From an uncultured virus (IMG/VR IMGVR_UViG_3300025635_000020) (taxonomy: Duplodnaviria; Heunggongvirae; Uroviricota; Caudoviricetes), in the IMG/VR virus record IMGVR_UViG_3300025635_000020: DNA of 63,635 bases. One strand, given 5' to 3'. The translations under genes were made by a program, and so were the position numbers. The first letter of the stretch is position 1. Every line of letters begins with the position of its first letter. Below, piece by piece: positions 8,920 to 18,753 of this stretch. The notes beneath the pieces were generated by a model that saw only the letters and a program-made list of their open reading frames with translations, ran no database searches and was not told where the DNA came from.

Positions 8920-10116
8920 TCAACTAAACGAGAGATTACTCACCGCGATTTCACCGACATAGTCGCCCGCATTGCCGAAGCTAGATGCGGTGTTGGTCAA
9001 CTCGATGTACCCGTAACGTGTCATAAAGCTGACCACTGGTTCAAATGTGCTGGGATCCAACACAACGCCTGAAGACATCAATGGGATGTATGGGCAGTAG
9101 AATGCTGGAGCGTCAGCCTCTGAACTACCCTTGTAACCAACCAACACAGGTGTTGTGTCGCTTGCATAAGAGTCAACGAACACACGCATCGCGCCGTTCA
9201 ATGTACCAACAAACTTGGTGTTTGTAGGTGCTTCGAATGTACCTTCTGTGGTACGTGCAAATGCGCTGGTTGTAGCAGATTGCAATACTGTCAAGGCAGC
9301 TGAAGAAACAACAGCGTAGTTACCAGCGCCACGACGTGTACGTTGGGCGATCAAGTTAGCAACACGGTTGATCAACACCGCCAAAGCGGCGTGTTCGTCA
9401 CCAACGAATGTAGCAGTACCAGAAACGGTAGCTTGGTTGTATGTGAACTCAGTTGCAGCCAATGAACGTAGAGACAATAGAATCTCTTGGTCAATTTCAG
9501 CTGTGATCTCTTGAGCCAGTGCGGCCATGATTTCGGCCTCAACGTCAATGCCGTGCATGGCTTGAGCGTCTTGGGCTGATTCAAATGTCCAACGTGCTTG
9601 CAATTTACGTGTGCGAGCTTCAACAGCTTGCTTGAGGATCTGCACAGAAATTTGCTTACCGCCAGTACCTTCCATGGTAGCTGTGGCACCGCCGGTGTAG
9701 TTGGTGGCCGAGCTAGTGTTCTGAGGAACTGTGGAGTATGCTGTGGCGATCTTGAATGGGCTCAGGGCCTCTTCACCGGCTGTGACGCTGGTAGCGGCAG
9801 CAGATGTGTCTGTCAAGCTCTGTGCATAACGTACACGCAGAGTGTGGATTTGACCCACTGGGCCGGTCATGGGCTGAACGCCAACCAACTCGTTAGCAAT
9901 AACGGTGGGCATGACACGACGGATCACTGGCAGAATCACACGGTTAAGTGTGGCAATGTTGCCAGCGGCTGTTGAACCAGAACTTGCGTTCTCTTTCAAA
10001 TACTTACGAGTGTTTTCAAGGATAACACTCATGCTGTTGCGCTTTGAGCCATTCAGACCTTCGAGCAATGCTTCTTTAGTCTCGCCCCAGCGGCTTTCTA
10101 ATAGTTCTTGTGACAT
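8920..10116 (-). CDS. gp23: Major capsid protein (T4 gp23-like)
   Basis: Motifs VIRRVMPTVIANELVGVQPMTGPVG, RKLQARWTFESAQD, EITAEIDQEI, FYCPYIPL and FMTRYG. Confidence 0.97.
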   Translation of the reverse strand: MSQELLESRWGETKEALLEGLNGSKRNSMSVILENTRKYLKENASSGSTAAGNIATLNRVILPVIRRVMPTVIANELVGVQPMTGPVGQIHTLRVRYAQSLTDTSAAATSVTAGEEALSPFKIATAYSTVPQNTSSATNYTGGATATMEGTGGKQISVQILKQAVEARTRKLQARWTFESAQDAQAMHGIDVEAEIMAALAQEITAEIDQEILLSLRSLAATEFTYNQATVSGTATFVGDEHAALAVLINRVANLIAQRTRRGAGNYAVVSSAALTVLQSATTSAFARTTEGTFEAPTNTKFVGTLNGAMRVFVDSYASDTTPVLVGYKGSSEADAPAFYCPYIPLMSSGVVLDPSTFEPVVSFMTRYGYIELTNTASSFGNAGDYVGEIAVSNLSFS

Positions 10117-10139
10117 TTAAGTCTCCTAAAAAATTAATT

Positions 10140-11237
10140 TTATAACCCTGCCAGGCGCTTGAGGTCGATAACGTTGCTCTTGACATCGGTATCTTCCTGT
10201 GGACTACTTGGAACAGTTTTATCCCCAGTTGCAACGGAAACGTTTTCTGTGATCACTTTAGAGGCTTTCACAGAGCGGTCTTCCAACACAGCTGGTAGAT
10301 ACTTTTCGAAGGCGTTTTTCAGACGGCTAGTCTGTACGCTTTCCAGCAAATTACGCATGACTTCAGCTTTGTCCCGGTTTAGCGGGGCCAGCAACTCTTG
10401 CATCAAATCTTGACGCTGATTGCTTTCCTTGATCATACGTATTTCACGTTCTTTGCTTTCAACAACAACTTTTGCCTGTTGTGAAAGTTCAATGGCCTTG
10501 GCCAATTGCTTGTCTTTGTTTTCTAGCATAGCGTATAGCTTGCGGACTTCTGCTTTCTCGTTCAAATGAGTAGCACCAAATTCTGCGGCGTAGGCTTCAA
10601 AAATGCGACGACCAAAATTGTTCTCGCGAGCAACTTTGATGTCTTCTTGCAATTGGGTAAGTTCTGCCTTGAGATGACGGCTAACAGCTTGGCTCATTTT
10701 CTCCGCACTTTCTTTTACAAAACGTGTTTTGAGTGACTCAAGTTTTGTACGAGCTTCGCGGACCAAGCGGACTTTGGTTTCCACTACGTCACGCTTGTCA
10801 GCGGCAAATTCTTGAATTTCACGAGCCAATGCATGCACCATGAAGTTTTCTAGCTTGGCTAGACCTTCAGTGTGCATTTTGCGGTCCCGGCGCAGTTCGC
10901 CAATTTCTTCAGCTAGCTTTGTCACCAAGAAGCCGTTAAACTTCTGTGCTGACTCTTTCATCTTGCTTTGGAAACGGACGCGGTCTTCAGCCAGTGCTTG
11001 CTTTTCAGCAGCCACGGCTTGAATCTCTGCGGCCAGACCTTCTGTTACCATTTTATCCAGGGCTTCTACCATTACTGACTTGTCATGTTCGTAGCGTTGT
11101 GCGAACTCTTCACGTAGTTCTGCACGAGCTTGTTCACGAGCTTCCTGTAGCTTGGCTTCCCATGCTTCATTAATCTCCTGGCGAGTTTCCTCGGTGATCA
11201 AGTTGCTATCTAACAATGGTTTGATTGCATCTAACAT
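10140..11237 (-). CDS. Prohead scaffold/core protein (gp22-like)
   Basis: Coiled-coil protein lying between the protease and capsid genes, as in T4. Confidence 0.8.
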   Translation of the reverse strand: MLDAIKPLLDSNLITEETRQEINEAWEAKLQEAREQARAELREEFAQRYEHDKSVMVEALDKMVTEGLAAEIQAVAAEKQALAEDRVRFQSKMKESAQKFNGFLVTKLAEEIGELRRDRKMHTEGLAKLENFMVHALAREIQEFAADKRDVVETKVRLVREARTKLESLKTRFVKESAEKMSQAVSRHLKAELTQLQEDIKVARENNFGRRIFEAYAAEFGATHLNEKAEVRKLYAMLENKDKQLAKAIELSQQAKVVVESKEREIRMIKESNQRQDLMQELLAPLNRDKAEVMRNLLESVQTSRLKNAFEKYLPAVLEDRSVKASKVITENVSVATGDKTVPSSPQEDTDVKSNVIDLKRLAGL

Positions 11238-11250
11238 TAGTAGATTCTCC

Positions 11251-11886
11251 TTAGATCTTGAGTTCTCTGATGAGTTTTACAACTTCATTCTTGAGATACT
11301 TCTGCACTTTGTTGTCTTCGCCCGCTTCCTTGGCTACCTCTAACAGTCTATGTCCATACTTCATGTTCATGAGACTTTCATATATTGCTTTTGGGTATGC
11401 ATTGGGTGCGCTGGGTTGAGCAACCACATCTATAGTGACAATTTCAAAGTCACTAACATGTCCTGTTCTGTCGTCAACGTTGCCGCTGCCACGACTTGAA
11501 ACTCCAAGTTTCACGCCAGATGTCAACAGCGTCTTGATCAACTCGCCCATGGGGGTTGGTAAAATCTTGAGCTTGCCACAACCGGCGTCACCGTCCATCC
11601 ACATACCTTCTACACTGTGGCAAACACGGTCCAAATTGATCTTCAAATCATCTGGATGGTCCACTTCACCTAGTACCGAGTTACCTTCTTTAATCTGTTG
11701 ATTAATTGTGTTAACTGCTTTGCTGATTTCGTGTAAAGGGTAAACGCGGTCATTTGCATTGCGCTTGTTGCCTTCAATGCAAATGCCCTTGAGATAGAGG
11801 TTCTTACCGTGGCCATCTGGGCCAGATTCTTCTAGAACCTGGATGTTGGCTTGATTATAGGTAAGTTGTTCTCTTAGCGTTTTCAT
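11251..11886 (-). CDS. gp21: Prohead protease (T4 gp21-like)
   Basis: Motifs NANDRVYP, LGEVDHP, GVSSRGSG and DVVAQPSAPNA. Confidence 0.95.
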   Translation of the reverse strand: MKTLREQLTYNQANIQVLEESGPDGHGKNLYLKGICIEGNKRNANDRVYPLHEISKAVNTINQQIKEGNSVLGEVDHPDDLKINLDRVCHSVEGMWMDGDAGCGKLKILPTPMGELIKTLLTSGVKLGVSSRGSGNVDDRTGHVSDFEIVTIDVVAQPSAPNAYPKAIYESLMNMKYGHRLLEVAKEAGEDNKVQKYLKNEVVKLIRELKI

Positions 11887-11894
11887 TAATTTTA

Positions 11895-12737
11895 TTAGCC
11901 TTTAGCAACTGGGCTCTTGGTGTTTACACCGCTGGCCTGGCCTGTTGTGGGCTTGGTAGCTGGGCTCAATTTTTGTGTGCTTTGAGCAGGTGTATTGCCA
12001 ACTTTGCCAATCAAATCTTTGGTTGTGTTGCTGTATGCGCCCGGGGCATCGTGCTTGCCACCCATTTCGCCGCCGGCATGTACTGGTTTAACTGTGTTGC
12101 CAACTGGGCCTTTGGCACCAGCATTTGCAGCTACGCTAGACTTCTTGTTGACGCTGCCTTCTTCAGAAGTCACTGGCTTTGGGGCTGCTTTTAGAGTTAC
12201 AGCTTCCATCATGCCCATTTCTTCTGTGTCGTCCATTTCAATGGCGTCGCCACCTTCTTCAGAGCCAAAATCGTCGCCATCGCCCATGTCGTTGCTGCCT
12301 TGATCGCCCATTAGGTCTTCAAATTCAGCCATGAGTTGGTCTAATTTGTCTTCAAGATTCATAATGTCGTCTTTGGTAGCTGGCTCATCGCCGTCGCCCA
12401 TGTCATCGCCGTCGCCCATGTCATCGCCGTCGCCCATGTCATCGCCAAGATCGTCACCTTCCATGTTGATTTCATCGGCTTCAACATTGTCAATTAGGTT
12501 ATCAGCGGCATCACCGCCCATGGCACCTTCTTCCATGTCTTCAGCTTCGTCGATATCTTCGGCTTCTTCAATATCTTCGGCTTCTTCAATATCTTCGGCT
12601 TCGTCAACTTCTTCCTCTTGCATGAGGTTTTCATAAATTTCACGACTTTTTTCCACAACAATATCATGGAAAAGCTCACGTGCTTTGCTTTCTTCATCGT
12701 TGATCACGTATTCGATCAATTGCTCAAATTTGTTCAT
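11895..12737 (-). CDS. Acidic prohead core protein
   Basis: Very Asp/Glu-rich with tandem EAEDIE and GDDMGD repeats. It occupies the gp67/68 position between portal and protease. Confidence 0.65.
   Translation of the reverse strand: MNKFEQLIEYVINDEESKARELFHDIVVEKSREIYENLMQEEEVDEAEDIEEAEDIEEAEDIDEAEDMEEGAMGGDAADNLIDNVEADEINMEGDDLGDDMGDGDDMGDGDDMGDGDEPATKDDIMNLEDKLDQLMAEFEDLMGDQGSNDMGDGDDFGSEEGGDAIEMDDTEEMGMMEAVTLKAAPKPVTSEEGSVNKKSSVAANAGAKGPVGNTVKPVHAGGEMGGKHDAPGAYSNTTKDLIGKVGNTPAQSTQKLSPATKPTTGQASGVNTKSPVAKG
12385..12446. repeat. 18-bp tandem repeat (GDDMGD)
   Basis: TCATCGCCGTCGCCCATG three times plus a partial copy. Confidence 0.95.
12553..12606. repeat. 18-bp tandem repeat (EAEDIE)
   Basis: ATATCTTCGGCTTCTTCA about three times. 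Confidence 0.9.
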
Positions 12738-12821
12738 ACGGAAACTCCTATAGGTAAAGTGTGCTGTTATTTACACAGGAAGAGAAAAAGTAGCGGTTTA
12801 TAAGGCCAAAACAGCCATAAA

Positions 12822-13043
12822 TTACATGGCTGGTGCAGCCGGGGCAGGTGCATACTGCTGACGCACCAGTTTGAGTTTTTCTTTGTATTCTACCATGCGC
12901 ACATCATTCATTCTACGAAGTTTGTTTAACTGACGTAGAGTTAGATGCGTCTTGCGCATATCACCTAGTTCGAGTTGGCTGTTGTCTTGATCTAATTCCT
13001 GATATGCTTCAGGGTTTTTGTGCCAAAATTCATTGAGTATCAT
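12822..13043 (-). CDS. Small head-module protein (hypothetical)
   Basis: 73 aa containing LTLRQLNKLRRM. A perfect TATAAATA lies at 13049-13056, 5 nt upstream. Confidence 0.7.
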   Translation of the reverse strand: MILNEFWHKNPEAYQELDQDNSQLELGDMRKTHLTLRQLNKLRRMNDVRMVEYKEKLKLVRQQYAPAPAAPAM

Positions 13044-13051
13044 GTTAATAT

Positions 13052-14836
13052 TTATACTGCTGGAGCAGGTCCCGGTGCTGGCATTGCTCCGCCTGCGGCT
13101 GTAGGACCAGCAAGTCCTGGTGTGAGTTCTGGTGTTCCTGGTGCCGCAGGTTCCATTTGCCCAATTTCTGCACCAGTCTCGATGTCAGTTTGCATAGCAC
13201 CTGGACTAATTCCCACCGAACGTAGATCGCTGCCAACTGGTTCAATACCGGGCTCGTCGCGTTCTTCTCTCCACATTTCTTCGTTCTCTTTGATTTCTTC
13301 TTCAGTCAATCCTAAGAAACGTTCAAGCATGAAACGTTTTGACATGTAAGGCAATGGTTCCATTTGCATAAATGCTTGAATACGTGTGTTGTCCAGTTCG
13401 CTTTGACGGTAACTAGCAAAATTTTGCGGGGGATTAAAACGAATACTGAATAGTCCAGAGTCTATGTTAAACCCACGCCATTTCAAAAACATTTTGAATT
13501 CGTCGTCTAGTTTCTGGCAAATTAAGGCCTGTAAACGTTCACAATACTGGTTGAATCTGTACTCTTGTATCAGGGCTGTGCCTACTTTTCCGTCGCTTAA
13601 AGCACGGTCTGAATCGTCGGGGCCGGTGGGCAAATAGCTACTAGGCACACGCAAACCGCGAGCCATTTTGTTGTTAAAGTACTTTAAATCGTCGATTTCG
13701 CCCAGGTTTGATCCGCCTGCTAATGTTTCTACCGACGATCCACGTCCGTCCTGACCTTGTGGAAAAAAGTAATCTTCGTTGATTGAAAGTGGGTTATAAC
13801 TAGCATCCATCATATTTTGTCCGCCACCTGTTATGGTAGGGATTCTGCGCTGATGCATTTCGTTTTTGATACGTTCCACAAACTGCATGGCCAAGTGACT
13901 TGGCATGTTACCAACGTCAATTTTGAAGATTCTACGCTCTGGGGCACGGCTCACACGATAGATAAGAATAGCATCTTCCAAGAGTTCTTTCTGTTTGTAG
14001 ACCTTGTAGATCTGTTCCAGTATACTACGTCCAAAAGGCCAGAACACATCCAAACCTTCGTTCAAACTGCAATGAACAATGTGTTTTGCGTCCAAAGTGG
14101 CTTCGTTCATGGCATGCATAAATCTGCTGTTGCCCACGCCACCACCCACGCCACCATTGGGCATGGTATAGTTTGCCGAGCCTGAAATTGTACCTGTTAC
14201 AGGATTTGTCATGTAGTCTGTGGTGGTTTTGGCTGCCACAGTCATGTTCTGAAAGTTAGGATTGATGTCACGAATAACGTATTGCTCAGGACGCTTACCT
14301 TCGCTTTCGTTTACAATTACTCGCATGACTTTTGACATGTCTACCCACATCATTTCAAATGTTTGCGGATCTCGAACAAACACTTGATCACCGTATTTGA
14401 TAGTGTTACGGAACAGTTTGAAGATGCGCTGGTCTAGTTTGTTGAGTTTAACCCACTGTTGTAACTGCTTTTTAATAATACTGATTTCATTGTCAGTGGG
14501 TTTGTCGTTGTATGTTACATCAAACGGTGTACCGTTTGTTTCATTCATTTGAGTTGAAAATTCAGCTATGATATCCAAACAGGCATTGACTTCTGAATCC
14601 ATGTCCATGTTTTCGTACTGATTATAACGTTCCACACGGTTGGGGTGGCCTGAATAAACTTCTGGTAGTCGGCTGGCATAGTTACGGAACACAAAGTCAG
14701 CCTGTGCTAAAGAGTTGTTTCCGTCGTTCTTGGGATAGTTTGGTAGACCAAATTGATTTTTGCCCGAAATAGGGCTCATTACACCTGAATTATCTGCAAC
14801 TTTAAAATATTTGCGCCACGATTGTTTATCTGCCAT
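13052..14836 (-). CDS. gp20: Portal protein (T4 gp20-like)
   Basis: Motifs LLEDAILIYRVSRAPERRIFKIDVGNMP, EDYFFP and LGEIDDLKYF. Confidence 0.96.
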   Translation of the reverse strand: MADKQSWRKYFKVADNSGVMSPISGKNQFGLPNYPKNDGNNSLAQADFVFRNYASRLPEVYSGHPNRVERYNQYENMDMDSEVNACLDIIAEFSTQMNETNGTPFDVTYNDKPTDNEISIIKKQLQQWVKLNKLDQRIFKLFRNTIKYGDQVFVRDPQTFEMMWVDMSKVMRVIVNESEGKRPEQYVIRDINPNFQNMTVAAKTTTDYMTNPVTGTISGSANYTMPNGGVGGGVGNSRFMHAMNEATLDAKHIVHCSLNEGLDVFWPFGRSILEQIYKVYKQKELLEDAILIYRVSRAPERRIFKIDVGNMPSHLAMQFVERIKNEMHQRRIPTITGGGQNMMDASYNPLSINEDYFFPQGQDGRGSSVETLAGGSNLGEIDDLKYFNNKMARGLRVPSSYLPTGPDDSDRALSDGKVGTALIQEYRFNQYCERLQALICQKLDDEFKMFLKWRGFNIDSGLFSIRFNPPQNFASYRQSELDNTRIQAFMQMEPLPYMSKRFMLERFLGLTEEEIKENEEMWREERDEPGIEPVGSDLRSVGISPGAMQTDIETGAEIGQMEPAAPGTPELTPGLAGPTAAGGAMPAPGPAPAV

Positions 14837-14855
14837 AGTAGTTTATTTACCGTAA

Positions 14856-17651
14856 TCACTGTTGCATACGCAACATCTTGCTTGAGATGTCATTGTTGGT
14901 TTTCTGAGCCCGGACCAATTCATCTAATTTGTCCACCGACTGTGACATCATACCGGCTAAACTGCCAAATGCTTTCATGAGATCATTGATTGGAGTAATT
15001 TCTGCTGGGCCAGTAATTAATTCTGGTTTGCCTGCTTCACCTGCAATGCCTAACTTACCAGCACCCAATTCTCCACCATCTTCAAATGCAGGCAACTGTG
15101 CATGAAAGTGGCCACCAGTGGCCTTGGCGGTAGGACTGTTGTATTCGTCTATGGCCACACTGGCACCCATTTGTTTGAGCCAGGATGTAATGGCTCGCCC
15201 ATCTTCGATACTGGGAGGTTGTGCTACTGTAAAATCTACGGCTAGACCTTGAGTGTGCATGCTGGACGGAGCTTTTTCATTGTGAAACTTGTCATTGAAA
15301 CTGCTGAAATATCCAAACCCCGGAACTCCTGACTGTATAGCTTTGGCCAGTTCAATCAACTTAGGACTAATTTTAGCATTCTCAGCCTGCACATCACCAG
15401 CCTTGATGTTTAATCCAAGTTTCCTTAAATCATCCTGACTGGCAACTTGTAATCCACCAGCTCCGCCCAGGCTGGGCATGCCAGCTGCTGACGGCATTTG
15501 TAAACCTTGGCCGCCACTCATGGCACGTTGCATTGTAATACTTTTACGCAGGTTAGACGCAGCATCTTTGCCCATGGATTTTTCCACGGCATCTAACATT
15601 TTTGTCAGTTGATCTTTTTGTTCTTCAAGTAATTCAATTTCATCAATCATCAGCGGTGTTTTTAAATTGCGCAGACGATCTGACAGTCTACTGAAATTTT
15701 TTGTTTTATTGAGATCTTGATCGGTCAAGCGTGTTAGTTCAATAGTATCTTTGAGCATCTCATTGTAGAGAGCGTTCATCTTATCAAGTTGTTCGCCACC
15801 CGCACCAGCCATGCCGCCGGTTTCTACACGACCCAGTAATTTGTCTTCGGGTATGACCAGTTCGTTGCCATGCAGCATGGCAAGATAACCCGACTCGGGG
15901 CCTTTTAAAAATCCCCCTTTGGCTGCACCGGGTATAGTGCCTTCGCCGGCCTGGCCGCGACTTCCAGTTTCTCTTTCTAATCGATCTTGTTCTAATCCAC
16001 GACGTTCATCTAGAGCACGTTGATAGGCTTCTTGTGCTTTTTTCTGATCTTCGGTCATGCCTATACCAAACAACCGCTGCATGATATTGGAGCCTTCAAA
16101 TGCTTTATCACGTGCAGATTTGGTTTCTACTACTGCTTCGTTGGCTTTTTTCTCTTCGGCGCTGAGTTCTCGGGATTTTACCAGGCCGTACAAAGCTTCT
16201 GCGGCAGCCCGACTGGCATTGGCCACAGCTATCATACCGTCCTGTGCAGCTGAAATGCCTTGCTTGATAAAGCGTTCCATTGCATCATTTGCCCTGATCT
16301 GCGTGTCAATAAGTTTAGCCTGTTTGTCCAACATATCGTCAGCAGCCTTGCCACCTTTGACACCTTGTTTTTTCTGTTCTTCTGCAATTTGTTCCAGGGT
16401 CATTGTCTGCAACTTTTCAGCCACAATACGTGCCTTGGTGGTTTCGCCCATGCTCACAAATGTGTCATCGTTGGCACTGAGTTTGGCCAAGCTGGCACGG
16501 AAACGATCTCCTGATTCTCCAACTGCACCGAATATGCGTTTTATTGCTTCGAGTTCTGATATTTGGCCTTTTTGTGCCAACATCAAATCTCGCATGGCGT
16601 TTGGTGCTGATTGCAATAGTTTTGCACCTTCGTCAGTGATAACACCTGATTGCAGAGAGCGTACCATCTTGGCAATAGCTGGACTAAAGTCGTTGGCAAT
16701 ATCGCTGATTTTTTGTACTCTGTCTGCTTCTAGTTTGCCACGCTCACCTTGCATTTGCAATTCACGAATCACACCAGCATGTTGCTCTTCCATCATGGCT
16801 TCTTCACGTGCTTTTTCACGCTCAGATCTTTGAACACCTGTGAGCTTGGTCAGCGCATCTTGTTCTACTAAGTATTTTCTTGCACCTTCAGCTAGCTGAT
16901 CCACTGTCATTTTTTGTGCGTAACCCAAACGAGTTTGAGTACGCAGATAACCAGCCATACCTTCGGTAATGTCTTTGGGCATGAGGCCCATTTTGAGCAT
17001 GGCTTCTCGCGCAGGCTCCATGGCCTTGCCCATGTTTTCCAGTGCTTGACGACCTTTGTATACTGACCCGCCAAGGTTGGCCAAATCTCTGCTGTTTTGT
17101 GCAACTATCTGAACATAGTCGCCCAGTTCGTTCATACTCAGGCCTAGTTTTTTGGCTCCTTCAAAAACTCCACTCATGCCGTCACTGGCTGCTGCACCCG
17201 ATTTGGCCAGGCCCTGGAATCCTGTGTAGAGCTTGTCAGCCATTTCGTTGGCTGCTTGAGTATATTTTATTAAACCAGCTGTGGCGGCTGTCAAGCCGGC
17301 AATCAATCCTTTGATTAGAAGACCACCAGGTACCATTAACGCAAGAGCGGCTCCTGCAGCAGTGGCTGCGGTGCTCAACTGATCTAAACTGTCGTTAAAT
17401 GCTGCGGCACCTTTTTTACCGTCCAGCATGGCTTTGCCGGCAGCCAGGCCTGCCGAAGCCAGAGCTGAAATTGCGTCAGCACCTTTTTTGGTGCCGGCTG
17501 TGAAGTTTTCAACACCATGTTTGGCCTTCATTTCCGCATCGGTGCGTTGGTCCAAAGTTTGTTGAGAAATGCGGCCATGTGTTGCCAACTCATTGTTGAT
17601 TTGTTGCAACGTTCTGGCCAGTTCTTCTGCGGCTTGATTTGCGTCTGCCAT
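14856..17651 (-). CDS. Tape-measure-like protein with C-terminal M15-type zinc peptidase domain
   Basis: Long Ala/Lys/Gln helical region; typical tape-measure motifs GG...LHGNELVIP and GEAGKPELI; SMHTQGLAVDF...GHFH (HxxxxxxD...HxH). Confidence 0.75.
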   Translation of the reverse strand: MADANQAAEELARTLQQINNELATHGRISQQTLDQRTDAEMKAKHGVENFTAGTKKGADAISALASAGLAAGKAMLDGKKGAAAFNDSLDQLSTAATAAGAALALMVPGGLLIKGLIAGLTAATAGLIKYTQAANEMADKLYTGFQGLAKSGAAASDGMSGVFEGAKKLGLSMNELGDYVQIVAQNSRDLANLGGSVYKGRQALENMGKAMEPAREAMLKMGLMPKDITEGMAGYLRTQTRLGYAQKMTVDQLAEGARKYLVEQDALTKLTGVQRSEREKAREEAMMEEQHAGVIRELQMQGERGKLEADRVQKISDIANDFSPAIAKMVRSLQSGVITDEGAKLLQSAPNAMRDLMLAQKGQISELEAIKRIFGAVGESGDRFRASLAKLSANDDTFVSMGETTKARIVAEKLQTMTLEQIAEEQKKQGVKGGKAADDMLDKQAKLIDTQIRANDAMERFIKQGISAAQDGMIAVANASRAAAEALYGLVKSRELSAEEKKANEAVVETKSARDKAFEGSNIMQRLFGIGMTEDQKKAQEAYQRALDERRGLEQDRLERETGSRGQAGEGTIPGAAKGGFLKGPESGYLAMLHGNELVIPEDKLLGRVETGGMAGAGGEQLDKMNALYNEMLKDTIELTRLTDQDLNKTKNFSRLSDRLRNLKTPLMIDEIELLEEQKDQLTKMLDAVEKSMGKDAASNLRKSITMQRAMSGGQGLQMPSAAGMPSLGGAGGLQVASQDDLRKLGLNIKAGDVQAENAKISPKLIELAKAIQSGVPGFGYFSSFNDKFHNEKAPSSMHTQGLAVDFTVAQPPSIEDGRAITSWLKQMGASVAIDEYNSPTAKATGGHFHAQLPAFEDGGELGAGKLGIAGEAGKPELITGPAEITPINDLMKAFGSLAGMMSQSVDKLDELVRAQKTNNDISSKMLRMQQ

Positions 17652-17662
17652 GTTTTAGCACC

Positions 17663-17684
17663 TATAAGTAATCATATATTTATA
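17663..17684. promoter_or_regulatory. Back-to-back late promoters
   Basis: TATAAGTA on the plus strand (17663-17670) faces the gp26-like gene. TATAAATA on the minus strand (17677-17684) faces the tape-measure gene. Confidence 0.6.
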
Positions 17685-17692
17685 GGTGACTT

Positions 17693-18538
17693 ATGCCCCA
17701 AAATGCTAACCCATTAAAACAATTTTTCCGACAACCATTGATCTATTTGAGATTACCGTCTTTGGGCCAATACTGGGACAAAACAGCAATTGACATGCCA
17801 GAAAACAAAGAATTGCCTGTGTACCCAATGACCGCCATAGACGAAATTACCTATCGCACCCCAGACGCTTTGTTCAACGGGCAAGCCGTGATAAATGTGA
17901 TTCAAAGTTGCATACCTGCCATTAAAGATGCTTGGAGCATACCCAGTTGTGATTTGAATGCAATTTTGGTAGGCATTAGAATTGCCAGCTACGGACATGA
18001 AATGGAAATGACTATCAAATGTCCCAAATGCGAAACCGAAAGCGATTTTACTTTGGATCTTAGAAGTGTGCTGGACAAACTAACAAGCCCGGACTACAGC
18101 AAGGCAATCAAGCAAGGCGATTTGGAAATCACCTTCACTCCAATTTCTTATCGTCATCAAAATGAAACCAATCTCAAACAGTACGATTACCAGCGAATGG
18201 TACAACAAATACAACTGTCTGATCAACTGACTGATGAACAAAAAATTAAACAGCTCAATGAAACGTTGCAAAAGATTACCAATCTCACTATTGAAACTTT
18301 GAAATACAGCATTGCCAGTATCCGTACTCCGCAGAGTTTGGTAACTGAGCCTGAATTTATTCAGGAGTTTTTGGTCAATTGCGATCGTAGTTTTTTTACA
18401 GAAATTCGAGATCACATCATTGATCTAAGACAAAAAAGTGAAATTGAATCAATTGGTGTGACCTGTTCACATTGCGATCATAAGTGGGAACAAACTCTTA
18501 CATTGGATCAAGCCGCTTTTTTCGGGGACGCCTCCTGA
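17693..18538 (+). CDS. gp26-like baseplate hub/tail assembly chaperone
   Basis: IYLRLPS, ELPVYPMTAIDEI, DLNAILVGIRIASYG, and two CxxC pairs (CPKC, CSHC). Confidence 0.8.
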   Translation: MPQNANPLKQFFRQPLIYLRLPSLGQYWDKTAIDMPENKELPVYPMTAIDEITYRTPDALFNGQAVINVIQSCIPAIKDAWSIPSCDLNAILVGIRIASYGHEMEMTIKCPKCETESDFTLDLRSVLDKLTSPDYSKAIKQGDLEITFTPISYRHQNETNLKQYDYQRMVQQIQLSDQLTDEQKIKQLNETLQKITNLTIETLKYSIASIRTPQSLVTEPEFIQEFLVNCDRSFFTEIRDHIIDLRQKSEIESIGVTCSHCDHKWEQTLTLDQAAFFGDAS

Positions 18539-18753
18539 CAGCTTCCCCTGAGGAGATATCTACCATGGTAGATCGCATGGACCAGGAGGCCAAAGATATC
18601 AGACAGCAAAGTTTAAAAATGTGTTGGTACATGCGCGGTGGTGCCACTTATGAAGATGTACTACAGATGAGTTTTCAAGAACGTGACTTGATTAGAGAGC
18701 TCATTAAAGAAAATCTTGAAACTACTAAATCTAGCAAACTACCTTTCTTTTAA
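18523..18753 (+). CDS. Tail chaperone C-terminal extension (-1 frame) or separate small protein from ATG 18565
   Basis: The -1 frame overlaps the end of the gp26-like gene at T_TTT_TTC. WYMRGGATYEDVLQMSFQER resembles the gpT/gpE' part of tail chaperones. Confidence 0.65.
   Translation, partial: RGRLLTASPEEISTMVDRMDQEAKDIRQQSLKMCWYMRGGATYEDVLQMSFQERDLIRELIKENLETTKSSKLPFF

Noticed and set aside
12385..12606. Tandem repeats as a possible CRISPR or guide array
   Set aside because: The units are contiguous in-frame 18-mers with no spacers, and no cas-like gene is nearby.
16057..16833. 258-aa plus-strand ORF
   Set aside because: Lies entirely antisense to the tape-measure gene and has no motif.
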